Source of the DNA: the human T2T-CHM13v2.0 reference genome, Homo sapiens
Direction: 5' to 3' (one strand)
NCBI RefSeq assembly: GCF_009914755.1
Contig: NC_060932.1
Length of the DNA stretch: 64,000 nucleotides
Positions 27,621 to 48,266 of this stretch are shown here, one piece after another. Positions within the stretch are counted from its first letter, which is position 1. Each line of letters starts with the position of its first letter. The notes beneath the pieces were generated by a model, which saw nothing but the letters and a program-made list of their open reading frames with translations, was not told the origin of the DNA and did no database searches. The position numbers and the translations under genes are program-made.

Positions 27621-29168
27621 TTCTTGTTATTATTTTTGGGGTAAATAGTGCTTTAAGCTGACACACTTGATTGTACTGAATTTGAATCCAGACATTGCTT
27701 CCAAAGTCTATAAGCTAAAGCTTATACTATCCTATCTCTTCAGGCAAACATATTTTCATATAATACACATAATTCACATAATACATATTCATATATATGT
27801 ATCATATATGTATTTGTATATGTGTGCATATAAACACATATGAAGTTTGATTCTTGTCTAAACATCTGTGAGGGAATCAAAGAATTACCTCAAAAAAGGT
27901 TATTTAAATTTACCTTTCATTCTTGGACCTTTCGTAAAGTCTGTTAAAAGCTTTGTGCTTCAGGTTTATTTCAATGTGATCTCTACCCAATAAACTACAG
28001 AAGTGAGCAATATATTTATTTTGCTTATTTTATATCAACATTAATATATGCTTATTATAGAAAAAATAATTGAACAGAATTATACATAGTAAAACATAAA
28101 AGTTCTGACTTCCAGTTTCAGCCTTGACATGGAAATAACTTGAAAGCCATCACTCTTGTACTTAAAAGAAAAACTGGAACAAACCAAAAATCAGTAGCTT
28201 TTCTTGAGGTTATTGGAGAACTGAGGTAGCCAAGCAAACAACCATCTTGAAACCTAGACAAAGAGGAGGATTCAGACAGTCACACTTGAGATTGCTGACC
28301 TAGAACAGAAGCCACTGGAACCAGAAACTGATAGGAACCTGTGAATGCTAGTTTTTGCTGGAGGCTGAGTGTGCACTAATTGGAAAATAAGAAACTCTGG
28401 GGGTTGCAGTCTTAGGGAAAGCTTACTTTTTCATTGGCTTTCCCTCATTGAATCTTACCAAATTCTCACAGTAAAGATCTGAGAAATATCCCCTCTCTTG
28501 TAGGTCTGACAGAGGAAGAGGAAGTATAACCATCATAAAACATGCCTAGACATCTCCATAGCAAAAGCCTACTCTCCAGGGTGAAGAACTTTGCAAGAAC
28601 CTTATGCCTATTGGAAGAAGGCCATACATCCACTCTGTTGCCCTCTAGACTTCCTGTCTCATCTAAGAGTGAAAACAAAGCACTCAGTGAAGTCCAGGGC
28701 TTCCAGGAAAGAGATTGGTAATTCTTCAGCCAAAGAAGGATGCGGGCGGTCAAGAGAATAGAACAGGAAAAACATGTGTGAAGTTAACGACCTTAAGACA
28801 CAGATCCACTGAAAGACTGAGATCTAATTGAAAGATATTAGAACATTTCCCATCCCTCGTACCTTAAGGCCATACCAACAATTTCAGTATATTATCAATG
28901 AATTGGTTACAGTTGCAAGAGCCACAGAACACAGACTGTCTCAGGAGTACTTAGAGAAGGCTGAAGAGGTGAGACAGAATGAGCACACTAAAGGAATTTG
29001 AGGTATCTGGCACCTGCAGCTATAACAAACGTTAAATATGGCTCAACTCCTAGCCTAATTAGCATAAATACACACTTTAAAGGCTGATTTATCTTAGTCC
29101 CTATTATTCAACTTGTCCAGCTTTCAACAAGAAATTACAAGACATAGCAAAGGCAAAAGGCAGCATAT

Positions 29169-29170
<2 letters not shown>

Positions 29171-29206
<36 letters not shown>
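29171..29206. repeat. (TG)18 microsatellite
   Basis: Direct observation. Confidence 0.97.
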
Positions 29207-29210
<4 letters not shown>

Positions 29211-29526
29211 GTCTGAATGTTGCTGACAAAGCTGGTTCTCAAAAAAAATGGGGTCTTTCCCTCTTCAGTGCCATGAAGCCAATATGCAAAACCAAAAGTG
29301 AGCATCAAGCAGTGCAAACACTATTAGATGGCCATGGAATTAAGAAGCAGGGATTTGGCTCACAAATCAACTTCTCAGCCCATGAGGGCCAGGTAGTAAA
29401 AGATATAGGGCATCTTTAATAAAGAGGTTAAGCATTAAAATTAAGGGGAGGAATATTCACGACTTTTCAGGGAATAAGTGGAGAACTTATAGGAACTGGA
29501 ATTGCCACTTTCCTTTTTGTCCTTTC

Positions 29527-29599
29527 TTTTTTTTTTTTTTCTCTGTTAACTCTTGTTTATTATATTAGCAAATCTGCTACCTTAACATCCTCTGCATCC
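29527..29599 (-). other. 59-bp L1 3' transduction plus second poly(A)
   Basis: Non-L1 sequence 29541-29599 between two poly(T) runs, AATAAA on minus strand at 29556-29561, inside the L1-A TSD. Confidence 0.9.
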
Positions 29600-29815
29600 T
29601 TTTTTTTTTTATTATACTTTAAGTTTTAGGGTACATGTGCACATTGTGCCAGTTAGTTACATATGTATACATGTGCCATGCTGGTGCGCTGCACCCACTA
29701 ACTCGTCATCTAGCATTAGGTATATTTCCCAATGCTATCCCTCCCCCCTACCCCCACCCCATCACAGTCCCCAGAGTGTGATATTCCCCTTCCTGTGTCC
29801 ATGTGATCTCATTGT

Positions 29816-33671
<3,856 letters not shown>

Positions 33672-33707
33672 TTAGTTGATGCAGTTTCTTCCTGGTCTCG
33701 ATGGTCT

Positions 33708-34721
33708 TTACATTTTGGCATGATTTTGCAGTGGCTGGTAGGGGTTGTTCCTTTCCATGTTTAGCACTTCCTTCAGGAGCTCTTTTAGGGCAGGCCTGGT
33801 GGTGACAAAATCTCTCAGCATTTCCTTGTCTGTAAAGGATTTTATTTCTCCTTCACTTATGAAGCTTAGTTTGGCTGGATATGAAATTCTGGGTTGAAAA
33901 TTCTTTTCTTTAAGAATGTTGAATATTGGCCCCCACTCTCTTCTGGCTTGTAGGGTTTCTGCCGAGAGATCTGCTGTTAGTCTGATGGGCTTCCCTTTGA
34001 GGGTAACCCGACCTTTCTCTCTGGCTGCCCTTAACATTTTTTCCTTCATTTCAACTTTAGTGAATCTGACAATTATGTGTCTTGGAGTTGCTCTTCTCGA
34101 GGAGTATCTTTGTGGCGTTCTCTGTATTTCCTGAATCTGAACGTTGGCCTGCCTTGCTAGATTGGGGAAGTTCTCCTGGATAATATCCTGCAGAGTGTTT
34201 TCCAACTTGGTTCCATTGTCCCCGTCACTTTCAGGTACACCAATCAGACGTAGATTTGGTCTTTTCACATAGTCCCATATTTCTTGGAGGCTTTGCTCAT
34301 TTCTTTTTATTCTTTTTTCTCTAAACTTCCCTTCTCACTTCATTTCATTCATTTCATCTTCCATTGCTGATACCCTTTCTTCCAGTTGATCGCATCGGCT
34401 CCTGAGGCTTCTGCATTCTTCACGTAGTTCTCGAGCCTTGGTTTTCAGCTCCATCAGCTCCTTTAAGCACTTCTCTGTATTGGTTATTCTAGTTATACAT
34501 TCTTCTAAATTTTTTTCAAAGTTTTCAACTTCTTTGCCTTTGGTTTGAATGTCCTCCCGTAGCTCAGAGTAATTTGATCGTCTGAAGCCTTCTCTCAGCT
34601 CGTCAAAGTCATTCTCCATCCAGCTTTGTTCTGTTGCTGGTGAGGAACTGCGTTCCTTTGGAGGAGGAGAGACGCTCTGCGTTTTAGAGTTTCCAGTTTT
34701 TCTGTTCTGTTTTTTCCCCAT
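33708..34721 (-). pseudogene. L1-A ORF1 with premature stop
   Basis: MGKKQNRK... 128 aa then TGA (CGA>TGA) at 34335-34337; remainder 34268-33708. Confidence 0.95.
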
Positions 34722-35176
34722 CTTTGTGGTTTTATCTACTGTTGGTCTTTGATGATGGTGATGTACAGATGGGTTTTCGGTGTGGATGTCCTTTCTGTTT
34801 GTTAGTTTTCCTTCTAACAGAGAGGACCCTCAGCTGCAGGTCTGTTGGAATACCCTGCCGTGTGAGGTGTCAGTGTGTCCCTGCTGGGGGGTGCCTCCCA
34901 GTTAGGCTGCTCAGGGGTCAGGGGTCAGGGACCCACTTGAGGAGGCAGTCTGCCTGTTCTCAGATCTCCAGCTGCATGCTGGGAGAACCACTGCTCTCTT
35001 CAAAGCTGTCAGACAGGGACATTTAAGTCTGCAGAGGTTACTGCTGTCTTTTTGTTTGTCTGTGCCCTGCCCCCAGAGGTGGAGCCTACAGAGGCAGGCA
35101 GGCCTCCTTGAGCTGTGGTGGGCTCCACCCAGTTCCAGCTTCCCGGGGGCTTTGTTTACCTAAGCAAGCCTGGGCA

Positions 35177-35392
35177 ATGGTGGGCGCCCCTCCCCCAGCC
35201 TCGCTGATGGCTTGCAGTTTGATCTCAGACTGCTGTGCTAGCAATCAGCGAGATTCCGTGGGCATAGGACCCTCCGAGCCAGGTGTGGGATATAGTCTCG
35301 TGGTGCGCCGTTTTTTAAGCCGGTTTGAAAAGCGCAATATTTGGGTGGGAGTGACCCGATTTTCCAGGTGCATCCGTCACCCCTTTCTTTGA
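35177..35392 (+). CDS. L1-A antisense ORF0, intact 71 aa
   Basis: MVGAPPPASLMACSLISDCCASNQRDSVG...RCIRHPFL*, matching length and sequence of primate L1 ORF0; expression unknown. Confidence 0.75.
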   Translation: MVGAPPPASLMACSLISDCCASNQRDSVGIGPSEPGVGYSLVVRRFLSRFEKRNIWVGVTRFSRCIRHPFL

Positions 35393-36359
35393 CTCGGAAA
35401 GGGAACTCCCTGACCCCTTGCGCTTCCCAGGTGAGGCAATGCCTCGCCCTGCTTCGGCTCGCGCATGGTGCACGCACCCACTGGCCTGCGCCCACTGTCT
35501 GGCACTCCCTAGTGAGATGCACCCGGTACCTCAGATGGAAATGCAGAAATCACCCGTCTTCTGCGTCGCTCACACTGGGAGCTGTAAACCGGAGCTGTTC
35601 CTATTCGGCCATCTTGGCTCCTCCCCCCTTTTTGTCCTTTCATCGTTTCTTCTATTTGATGTCATGGTAATTGTCAACTATCATGGCACTAGTGTGAGTG
35701 TCACTTAGCATGAAAATTAGGTTATAATGAAGCTGGAGGTTCCACAGAAATCAAGTGAGCCCTCTTGGATTCCACCAGTCTTAGCTATTCTGGTAACAAG
35801 AGGGAACTTTTGACCTCAGGCATTCTGCTTCCTAAAGATAACCGGAGTTGAGGTGGGCTAGAAATTCGCCTTGGTCACATAGTTATTGCACTAGATAACA
35901 TGAAGAGACTAAGTAATCTTCAGAACCACACTCAGATAGGATGTGCCACAAATGTGTGAAATAACAGTTAAGGAATTTAAAATAACCATGATTAATATAT
36001 TAAGGGATCTAATGGAAAAAGTAGACAAAAGCCAGAACAGATGAGTAATACAAGAAGAGAGGTAGACTCAAAAAAGAATTAAGTACAAGAAATAAAATCT
36101 CTGTAATAGAAATGAATGTCTTTAATAAGTAGATTTGACGTGGTCGAAGAAAGACTCATGGAGCCTGAAGATAAATCAATAAAAACATTTTATTTATATG
36201 TAACATAATTGTTTATATATGAATTTATCAACAAAAAGAATCAACAAAAATCTTCTAGAACTTATAGGCAATTATAACAAGGTTGTAGGACACAAGGCTA
36301 ATATTAAAAAGTCAAGTATTTTCTTGTATACCATATTAAATTATATACATATAAAATTG

Positions 36360-39300
36360 TCTTGCAAGTCGGATAATAGCTCAGCTACAGTACAATACGG
36401 CACCAGGCAAAGTCCTGAGGCCTCCATTCCAGGTTTTAGCTCCCAGATGACATTTCTAGACATACCCCGGCCAGAAGGCAACCTGCTTCTTTAAAGGAAA
36501 GGGCCCTGTCATGGAAGAATTTTCCACCTGCTGCCTAAAGAGTCCCAGTGGTATTGGTCTCAGGGGTGCTTGTGTCACCCCTCTCATACCTCCAAGCAAC
36601 TCAACACACAGAGAGAAGGACATTGCTCTTTTGGGGGAATGTAAAAGAAGAGAACAAGAGTCTCTGCCTGATATTCCAGAGAATTCTTCCAGACCTTATG
36701 CAAGACCACCAAAGCAGTAAACCTATGAGTCTGCAACAGCCACAGCACTACTGAGATGGAGATGACCCCTAAAGCAGACATGGCTGCAGTAAGCAAAAAC
36801 ATAGATCACAGCGCTGAAATCCCTTCAAATACCTGGAAAAACTCCCAGGAAGGACAGGTACAAACAAGCCCAGACTGTAAAGACTACAGTAAATATCTAA
36901 TTCTTCAATGCCCAGGTACAGTCGAACATCCACAGGCATCAAGACCATCTAGGAAAACAAGACCTCACTAAACAATCTAAATAAGCAACCAGTGACCAAT
37001 CCCAGAAAGAAAGAGAATGATGTGACCTTTCAGAAAAATAATCCAAAATAGCTGTTTTGAGGAAGCTCAGTGAAATCTAAGAAAACACGAAGAAGAAGTT
37101 CAGAATTCTATCAGATTAATTTCACAAAGAGATTTAAATAATTAATAAGAATGAAGCAGACATTTTGGAGACGAAAAATACAATTGGCATACTGAAGAGT
37201 GCTGAAAGGGCTTTTGATTAAATTTAACATTTGTTCATGATAAAAACCCTCAAAAAACTAGACATAGAAGGAGTGTATCTCAACACAATAAAAGCTATAT
37301 ACAATAGACTCACTAATAGTATCATACTAAATAGGGAAAAATTGAAAACTTTTCCTTTATGATCTGGAACAAAATGAGGATGCCCATTTTCACCACTGTT
37401 ATTCCACATTTTACTGGAAGTTTTAGCTAGAGTAATCAGTCAAGAGAAAAAATAAAAGACATCCAAATTAGAAAGAATGAAGTCAAATTATCTCTGTTTG
37501 CAGCTGATACGATCTTATATTTTTAAAAACCCTAAAAACTTGACCAAAAATGTATTGAAATTGATAAACAAATTTAGTTGGATATACAAATTCAGAAGGA
37601 TATAAAATCAACACACAAAAATTAGTAGCATTTCCATATGCCAGCAGTGAACAATCTGCAAAAGTAATTTAAAAACAGTAATCTTGTTTACGATAGCTAC
37701 AAATAAAATACCCAGGAATTAAGCTAACCAAAGAAGTGAAAGATCTTTACAATGAAAACTATAAAACATTGATGAAAGAAATTAAAGAGAACATAAAAAA
37801 TGGAAATATATTCCATGTTCATGGATTGGAAAAATCAATATTGTTAAAATGTCCATACTACCCAAAACAATCTACTGATTTAATGCAATTCCTATCAACA
37901 TACCAATGACATGGTTCACAGAAAAGGAAAAAAAAATCCTAAAATTTATACTGAGCCACAAATGACCCAAAATAACCAAAGCTAGCCAAAAAAGACTAGT
38001 TCTTATTTGTTATTCTCAGCAAAAAGAATTAAACTGGAGGAATCACATTACCTGACTTCAAATTATACTACAGACCTATAGTAACCAAAATGCATGGTAC
38101 TGGCATAAAAAATAGACACATGAACCAATAGAATAGAATGGAGAATCCAGAAATAAATCCATACATCTACAATGAATTCATTTTTGAGAGAGCTGTCAAG
38201 AATTTACATAGGGGAAAAGATAGTCTCTTCAATCAATAGTGCTGGGAAAGCTCAATATCCATATGAAGAAGAGTGAAACTAGATCCCTATCTCTTGCTGT
38301 ATACAAAAATCAAATCAACATGGGTAAAGATTTATATATAAGACCTCAAAGTATGAAACTACTACAAGAAAACATTGACTAGGGCAAAAATTTGAATAGA
38401 CATTTCTCAAAATAAGATATACAAATGACAGACATGTAAAAATGCTCAACATCACTGATCATCAGAGAAATGCAAATCAAAACCACAATTAGATATCCTT
38501 TTACCCAGTTAAAATGACTTTTAGCCAAAAGATGGACAACAATAAATGCTGACAAGGATGTGAAGAAAAGGGAACACTTGTACACTGTTGATGGGAATGT
38601 AAATTAGCACAACCACTATGGAGAGAAGTTTGGTGGTTCCTTAAAAGCTAAAAATAGAACTACCAAATGATTCAGCAGTCTCACCTCTAGGTATTCACTG
38701 AAAAGAAAGGAAATCAGTATATTGAAGAGATATCTGCACTCCTACATTTATTGCAGGACTATTTACAATAGTCGAGATCTAGAAGCAACCTAAGTGTCCA
38801 TCAACAGATGAATGAAGAAAGAAAATTTGGTACATATATACAATGGAGTACTATTCAGCTATATAAAAAAAATGAGATCTTGTCATTCGCAATAAAAGGA
38901 TAGAACTGGAGATCATTATGTTAAATAAAATAAGCCAGGCACAGAAAGACAAACTTCACATGTTCTCATTTGTTTGTAGGTGCTAAAAAAACTAAACCAA
39001 TTGAACTCACAGAGATCGATAGTAGAATGAGGGTTACCAGAAGTTAGGAAGGGTACTCATGTAGGGTCAGAGAAGTAGGATGGTTAATGTGTGCAAAAAT
39101 ATAGTTAAATGAAATGAATGAAAACTAGTATTTGATAGCACAACAGGGTGACTGTAGTCAACACTAATTTATTGTACCTTTTAGAATAACTAAAGAGTAT
39201 AATTGTATTGTTTAAAACACAAAGTAAGAATAAATGCTTGAGGTATTGGATACCCCATTTCCCCTGATATGATGATTACTCATTATATGCCTGTATCAAA

Positions 39301-39380
39301 ATATCTTACATACCCCATAAATATATACAACTCCAATGTACCCACAAAAATTAATGATTAAAAATAAATAAATAATAATT
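36360..39380 (+). mobile_element. L1MA2/3-like element with two internal deletions, nested in the L1MC/MD host
   Basis: 5'UTR/ORF1 start jumps to RT region at ~37200; second jump at ~38385; L1MA 3'UTR 'tatttgatagcacaacagggtgact'. Confidence 0.8.
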
Positions 39381-40737
39381 TTTTTAAAATGAAGTATTTA
39401 GCACATAAATCTAACAAAAGGTGCACAAGATCTATATAGGAAAATACAAAACTCTGATAAAAGAAATCAAATTATATATGTAAATAGAAATATGTTTCAT
39501 GTTTGTGGACTGGAAAACTTGATATTTGTAAGGTTTTTAAGTTCCGGCAATTACATTTCTGGGTATTTACCCAACTGATTTGAAAACTTATATCCACAGA
39601 AAAACCTGCACATGAATGTTTATAGCAGCTTTATATATGATCACAAAAACCTGGAAACAACCAAGATATTTTTCAATAGGCACATGGAAAAAAAAACCTG
39701 TAGTACATGCACACAATGGAAAATTATTAAACGATAAAAGTAATGAGCTATAAGCAAGGAGAAAACATGATGAACCTCAAATGAATATTGCTAAGTGAAA
39801 GAACCTACTATGAAAAGGCCATATATTGTATGATTCCAATTCTATTACATTCTGGGTATGGCAAAGCTACACAGATGGTAAGCAGATCAATGGTTGCCAG
39901 AAGTTCAGGGTGGTAATTAATAGATGAAGCACAATAAATGTTTTCTAAGGCAGGAAACTATTCTTATGTTACAGTGAAAGTAGGTACAGGACACGATGGG
40001 TTTCTCAAAACACATAGAACCTTGTGGCACAAAGAGTGAACTTTATTTAATGTACACAAATTTTTAAACATCATTTAAGAGGTTGAGGATCCCAGGAACG
40101 AATGCAGAATATGACATAATAATGAAACTATATTACTAACGTAAGAAGAAACTTCACTAAAGGTAGTGAGGGGGAAAAGGTGCTGACCTAAGTAACTTTG
40201 CAAGTGAGTACAGGCTGTATATAGGCAAAAGGCACTGTGTATAAGTCTCATGGCCTAGTTGATTGACTTTTCTTACCATAGTTTACAGGTTATCAATTCT
40301 GAAACAACTATATATGTATACTGAAACTGAATATTTCAGTGAATGGATGGTGGCTGATAGGAACCAGAGATCTCCCTGCTGCAGTGGGGATTTACAGATA
40401 GCAAAGAGATGAGGTTAGAATATGATAATGTATTAGAGTTGAAGACACCAGTATGAATTCATATTTAACTTAATGTAGAGACATGGTTACATTTTTATAG
40501 ACATGTGTATATACATGGGTTATACATATATACATTCTTGTTGTCTCATCTGAGAAGGCCTAGAAAGAACAATTCCCCAAAGGAACACACCTGGCCCCCA
40601 GACCTTGGTTTCTAATCCATCTGTCAATAAAGGGAACCAGGGATCCTTAAAGAAATTGCTGATTCTAGGACTAAGGCAGAAAATATACAAGATGAGCCTG
40701 GAGCATTTTGAAGTGCCAGAAAGTAAGAAAGTGCTCA

Positions 40738-40741
<4 letters not shown>

Positions 40742-40781
<40 letters not shown>
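40742..40781. repeat. (AC)20 microsatellite
   Basis: Direct observation. Confidence 0.97.
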
Positions 40782-40783
<2 letters not shown>

Positions 40784-41561
40784 CCATGGGGTATGTCAAA
40801 AGGAGGCATGATTCAACTGAAAGAGCTCCCATGGCCAAAGGTGGAAAAATTTGTGCAACAAATAAAGTAGTATGTTTTGATTCTAACTCAAAACACAAAA
40901 TAAACGTAAATGAGTCCATGATGATATAAATAAATAAATGGAGAGAATGGACTAATCTCCCATGCAAAAGAATTTCTAATAATTTATGTAAATACCCCAC
41001 CCTCAAGTGGGTGGAACATAACTCCCCATTCCTTGAGTGTGGTCTATGCATAGTGACTTTCTTCTAAAAAGTACAGTATAAAAAGTGATGGATTGGGAGA
41101 AGAGGAGAAGGTATAACCTTAGAGTAGAAAACCTGCACACACTACCTCAGCCAGGTGATTAAGGTCAACTTCAACACTGATAAGTTGTATAGATAGTGCG
41201 TATCTTTGGTATGATGTGATGAGAATGACACTTCACTTCTGTGATCTTCCCCCTAAAAATGGAAGACCCCAATCTAAAAATGAGAAAAAAATCAGACAAA
41301 TTCCAATTGATAAACATTCCACAAATACCTGACCAGGACTCCCCAGAATTGTCAAGGTCATCTGTAAGAGGAAAGCCTGATAATTTGTCACAGCCAGGAG
41401 GAGCCCAAGGAGACAGGTCAAATAAATATAATATTGTATCATGAATAGGATCCTGGAACTAAAAAAGAACATTAAATAAAAATTAAGAAAATCTTAATAA
41501 CTATGGACTTTAACAAAAATATATAAATATTGGTCCATTTAATTGTGACAAATGTATCATA

Positions 41562-42098
41562 TTAAAGTAAGATTTTAATAATAGTAGAAACCAGGAGTGA
41601 GCTCTCTGTCTTAACTCCACAATTTTTCTTTAAATTTAAAACTATGGAGTTTGAGCCAAGATGGCCGAATAGGAACAGCTCCGGTCTACAGCTCCCAGTG
41701 TGAGCGATGCAGAAGACGAGTGATTTCTGCATTTCCATCTGAGGTACTGGGTTCATCTCACTAGGGAGTGCCAGACAGTGGGGGCAGGACAGTGGGTGCA
41801 GCGCACCGTGCATGAGCAGAAGCAGGGTGAGGCATTGCCTCACTCGGGAAGCACAAGGGGTCAGGGAGTTCCCTTTCCTGGTCAAAGAAAGGGGTGACAG
41901 ATGGCACCTGGAAAATTGGGTCACTCCCACCCTAATACTGCACTTTTCCAACGGGCTTAAAAAATGGTGCACCAGGAGATTATATCCCGCACATGGCTCG
42001 GAGGATCCTACGCCCACGGAGTCTCGCTGATTGCTAGCACAGCAGTCTGAGATCAAACTGCAAGCCATCAGCGAGGCTAGGGGAGGGGCGCCCGCCAT
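41562..42098 (-). CDS. L1-B ORF0-initiated antisense ORF, 178 aa, reading out into flanking DNA
   Basis: MAGAPPLASLMACSL... open through the L1 5' end to a stop at 41562; expression unknown. Confidence 0.45.
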   Translation of the reverse strand: MAGAPPLASLMACSLISDCCASNQRDSVGVGSSEPCAGYNLLVHHFLSPLEKCSIRVGVTQFSRCHLSPLSLTRKGNSLTPCASRVRQCLTLLLLMHGALHPLSCPHCLALPSEMNPVPQMEMQKSLVFCIAHTGSCRPELFLFGHLGSNSIVLNLKKNCGVKTESSLLVSTIIKILL

Positions 42099-42681
42099 TG
42101 CCCAGCCTTGCTTAGGTAAACAAAGCAGCCGGGAAGCCGGAACTGGGTGGAGCCCACCACAGCTCAAGGAGGCCTGCCTGCCTCTATAGACTCCACCTCT
42201 GGGGGCAGGGCACAGACAAACAAAAAGACAGCAGTAACCTCTGCAGACTTAAATGTCCCTGTCTGACAGCTTTGAAGAGAGCAGTGGTTCTCCCAGCATG
42301 CAGCTGGAGATCTGAGAACAGGCAGACTGCCTCCTCAAGTGGGTCCCTGACCCCTGACCCCTGAGCAGCCTAACTGGGAGGCACCCCCCAGTAGGGGCAG
42401 ACTGACACCTCACACGGCCAGGTACTCCTCTGAGACAAAACTTCCAGAGGAAAGTTCAGAGAGCAGCATTCACGGTTCATGAAAATCCGCTGTTCTGCAG
42501 CCACCGCTGCTGATACCCAGGTAAACAGGGTCTGGAGTGGACCTGTAGCAAACTCCAACAGACCTGCAGCTGAAGGTCCTGTCTTTTAGAAGGAAAACTA
42601 ACAAACAGAAAGGACATCCACACCAAAAACCCATCTGTACATCACCATCATCAAAGACCAAAAGTAGATAAAACCACAAAG

Positions 42682-43697
42682 ATGGGGAAAAAACAGAGCA
42701 GAAAAGCTGGAAACTCTAGAAAGCAGAGTTCCTCTCCTCCTCCAAAGGAACGCAGTTCCTCACCAGCAATGGAACAAAGCTGGAAGGAGAATGACTTTGA
42801 CAAGTTGAGAGAAGAAGGCTTCAGATGATCAAACTACTCCGAGCTACAGGAGGAAATTCAAACCAAAGGCAAAGAAGTTAAAAATTTGAAAAAAATTTAG
42901 ACAAATGTATAACTAGAATAACCAATACAGAGAAGTGCTTAAAGGAGCTGATGGAGCTGAAAGCCAAGACTCGAGAACTACGTGAAAAATGCAGAAGCCT
43001 CAGGAACTGATGCAATCAACTGGAAGAAAGGGTATCAGTGATGGAAGATGAAATGAATGAAAAGAAGCGAGAAGGGAAGTTTAGAGAAAAAAGAATAAAA
43101 AGAAACAAACAAAGCCTCCAAGAAATATGGGACTATGTGAAAAGACCAAATCTACATCTGATTGGTGTACCTGAAAGTGATGGGGAGAATGGAACCAAGT
43201 TGGAAAACACTCTTCAGGATATTATCCAGGAGAACTTCCCCAATCTAGCAAGGCAGGCCAACATTCAGATACAGCAAATGCAGAGGATGCCACAAAGATA
43301 CTCCTCGAGAAGAGCAACTCCAAGACACATAATTGTCAGATTCACCAAAATTGAAATGAAGGAAAAAATGTTAAGGGCAGCCAGAGAGAAAGTTCAGGTT
43401 ACCCACAAAGGGAAGCCCAACAGACTAACAGCGGATCTCTCGGCAGAAACTCTACAAGCCAGAAGAGAGTGGGGGCCAATATTCAACATTCTTAAAGAAA
43501 AGAATTTTCAACCCAGAATTTCATATCCAGCCAAACTAAGCTTCATAAGTGAAGGAGAAATAAAATACTTTACAGACAAGCAAATGCTGAGAGATTTTGT
43601 CACCACCAGGCCTGCCCTAAAAGAGCTCCTGAAGGAAGTGCTAAACATGGAAAGTAACAATCAGTACCAGCCACTGCAAAATCATGCCAAATTTTAA
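42682..43697 (+). pseudogene. L1-B ORF1, disrupted
   Basis: ATGGGGAAAAAACAGAGC start; early TGA stops; C-terminal 219-aa ORF 43038-43697. Confidence 0.93.
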
Positions 43698-43745
43698 AGA
43701 CCATCGAGGCTGGGAAGAAAATGCATCAACTAAAGAGCAAAATAA

Positions 43746-47843
<4,098 letters not shown>

Positions 47844-48266
47844 AAAATGAGAACACATGGACACAGGAAGGGGAACATCACACTCTGGGGACTGTTGTGG
47901 GGTCGGGGGAGGGGGGAGGGATAGCATTAGGAGATATATCTAATGCTAAATGACGAGTTAATGGGTGCGGCACACCAGCATGGCACATGTATACATATGT
48001 AACTAACCTGCAGATTGTGCACATGTACCCTAAAACTTAAAGTATAATAATAATAAAACTAAATTTAAAAAATAAATAAAAATAAAAAAATTAAAAAATA
48101 AGTTTAAAACTATCCCAAAATTAAAAGTTTAATTAAGAAAAAGTGAAGGTCTCACTCCCACACCTTACAGGTAGCTCTTGTTGTCTTTCCTCTCAAACAT
48201 AATTCAATCTATGTTTTCGTGCACCTTGTCAAATATTATATATAGGATATACTGAACAAAATATTA

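Noticed and set aside
40520-41051. CV- and TH-repeat ORFs
   Set aside because: Translations of the (AC)n microsatellite.
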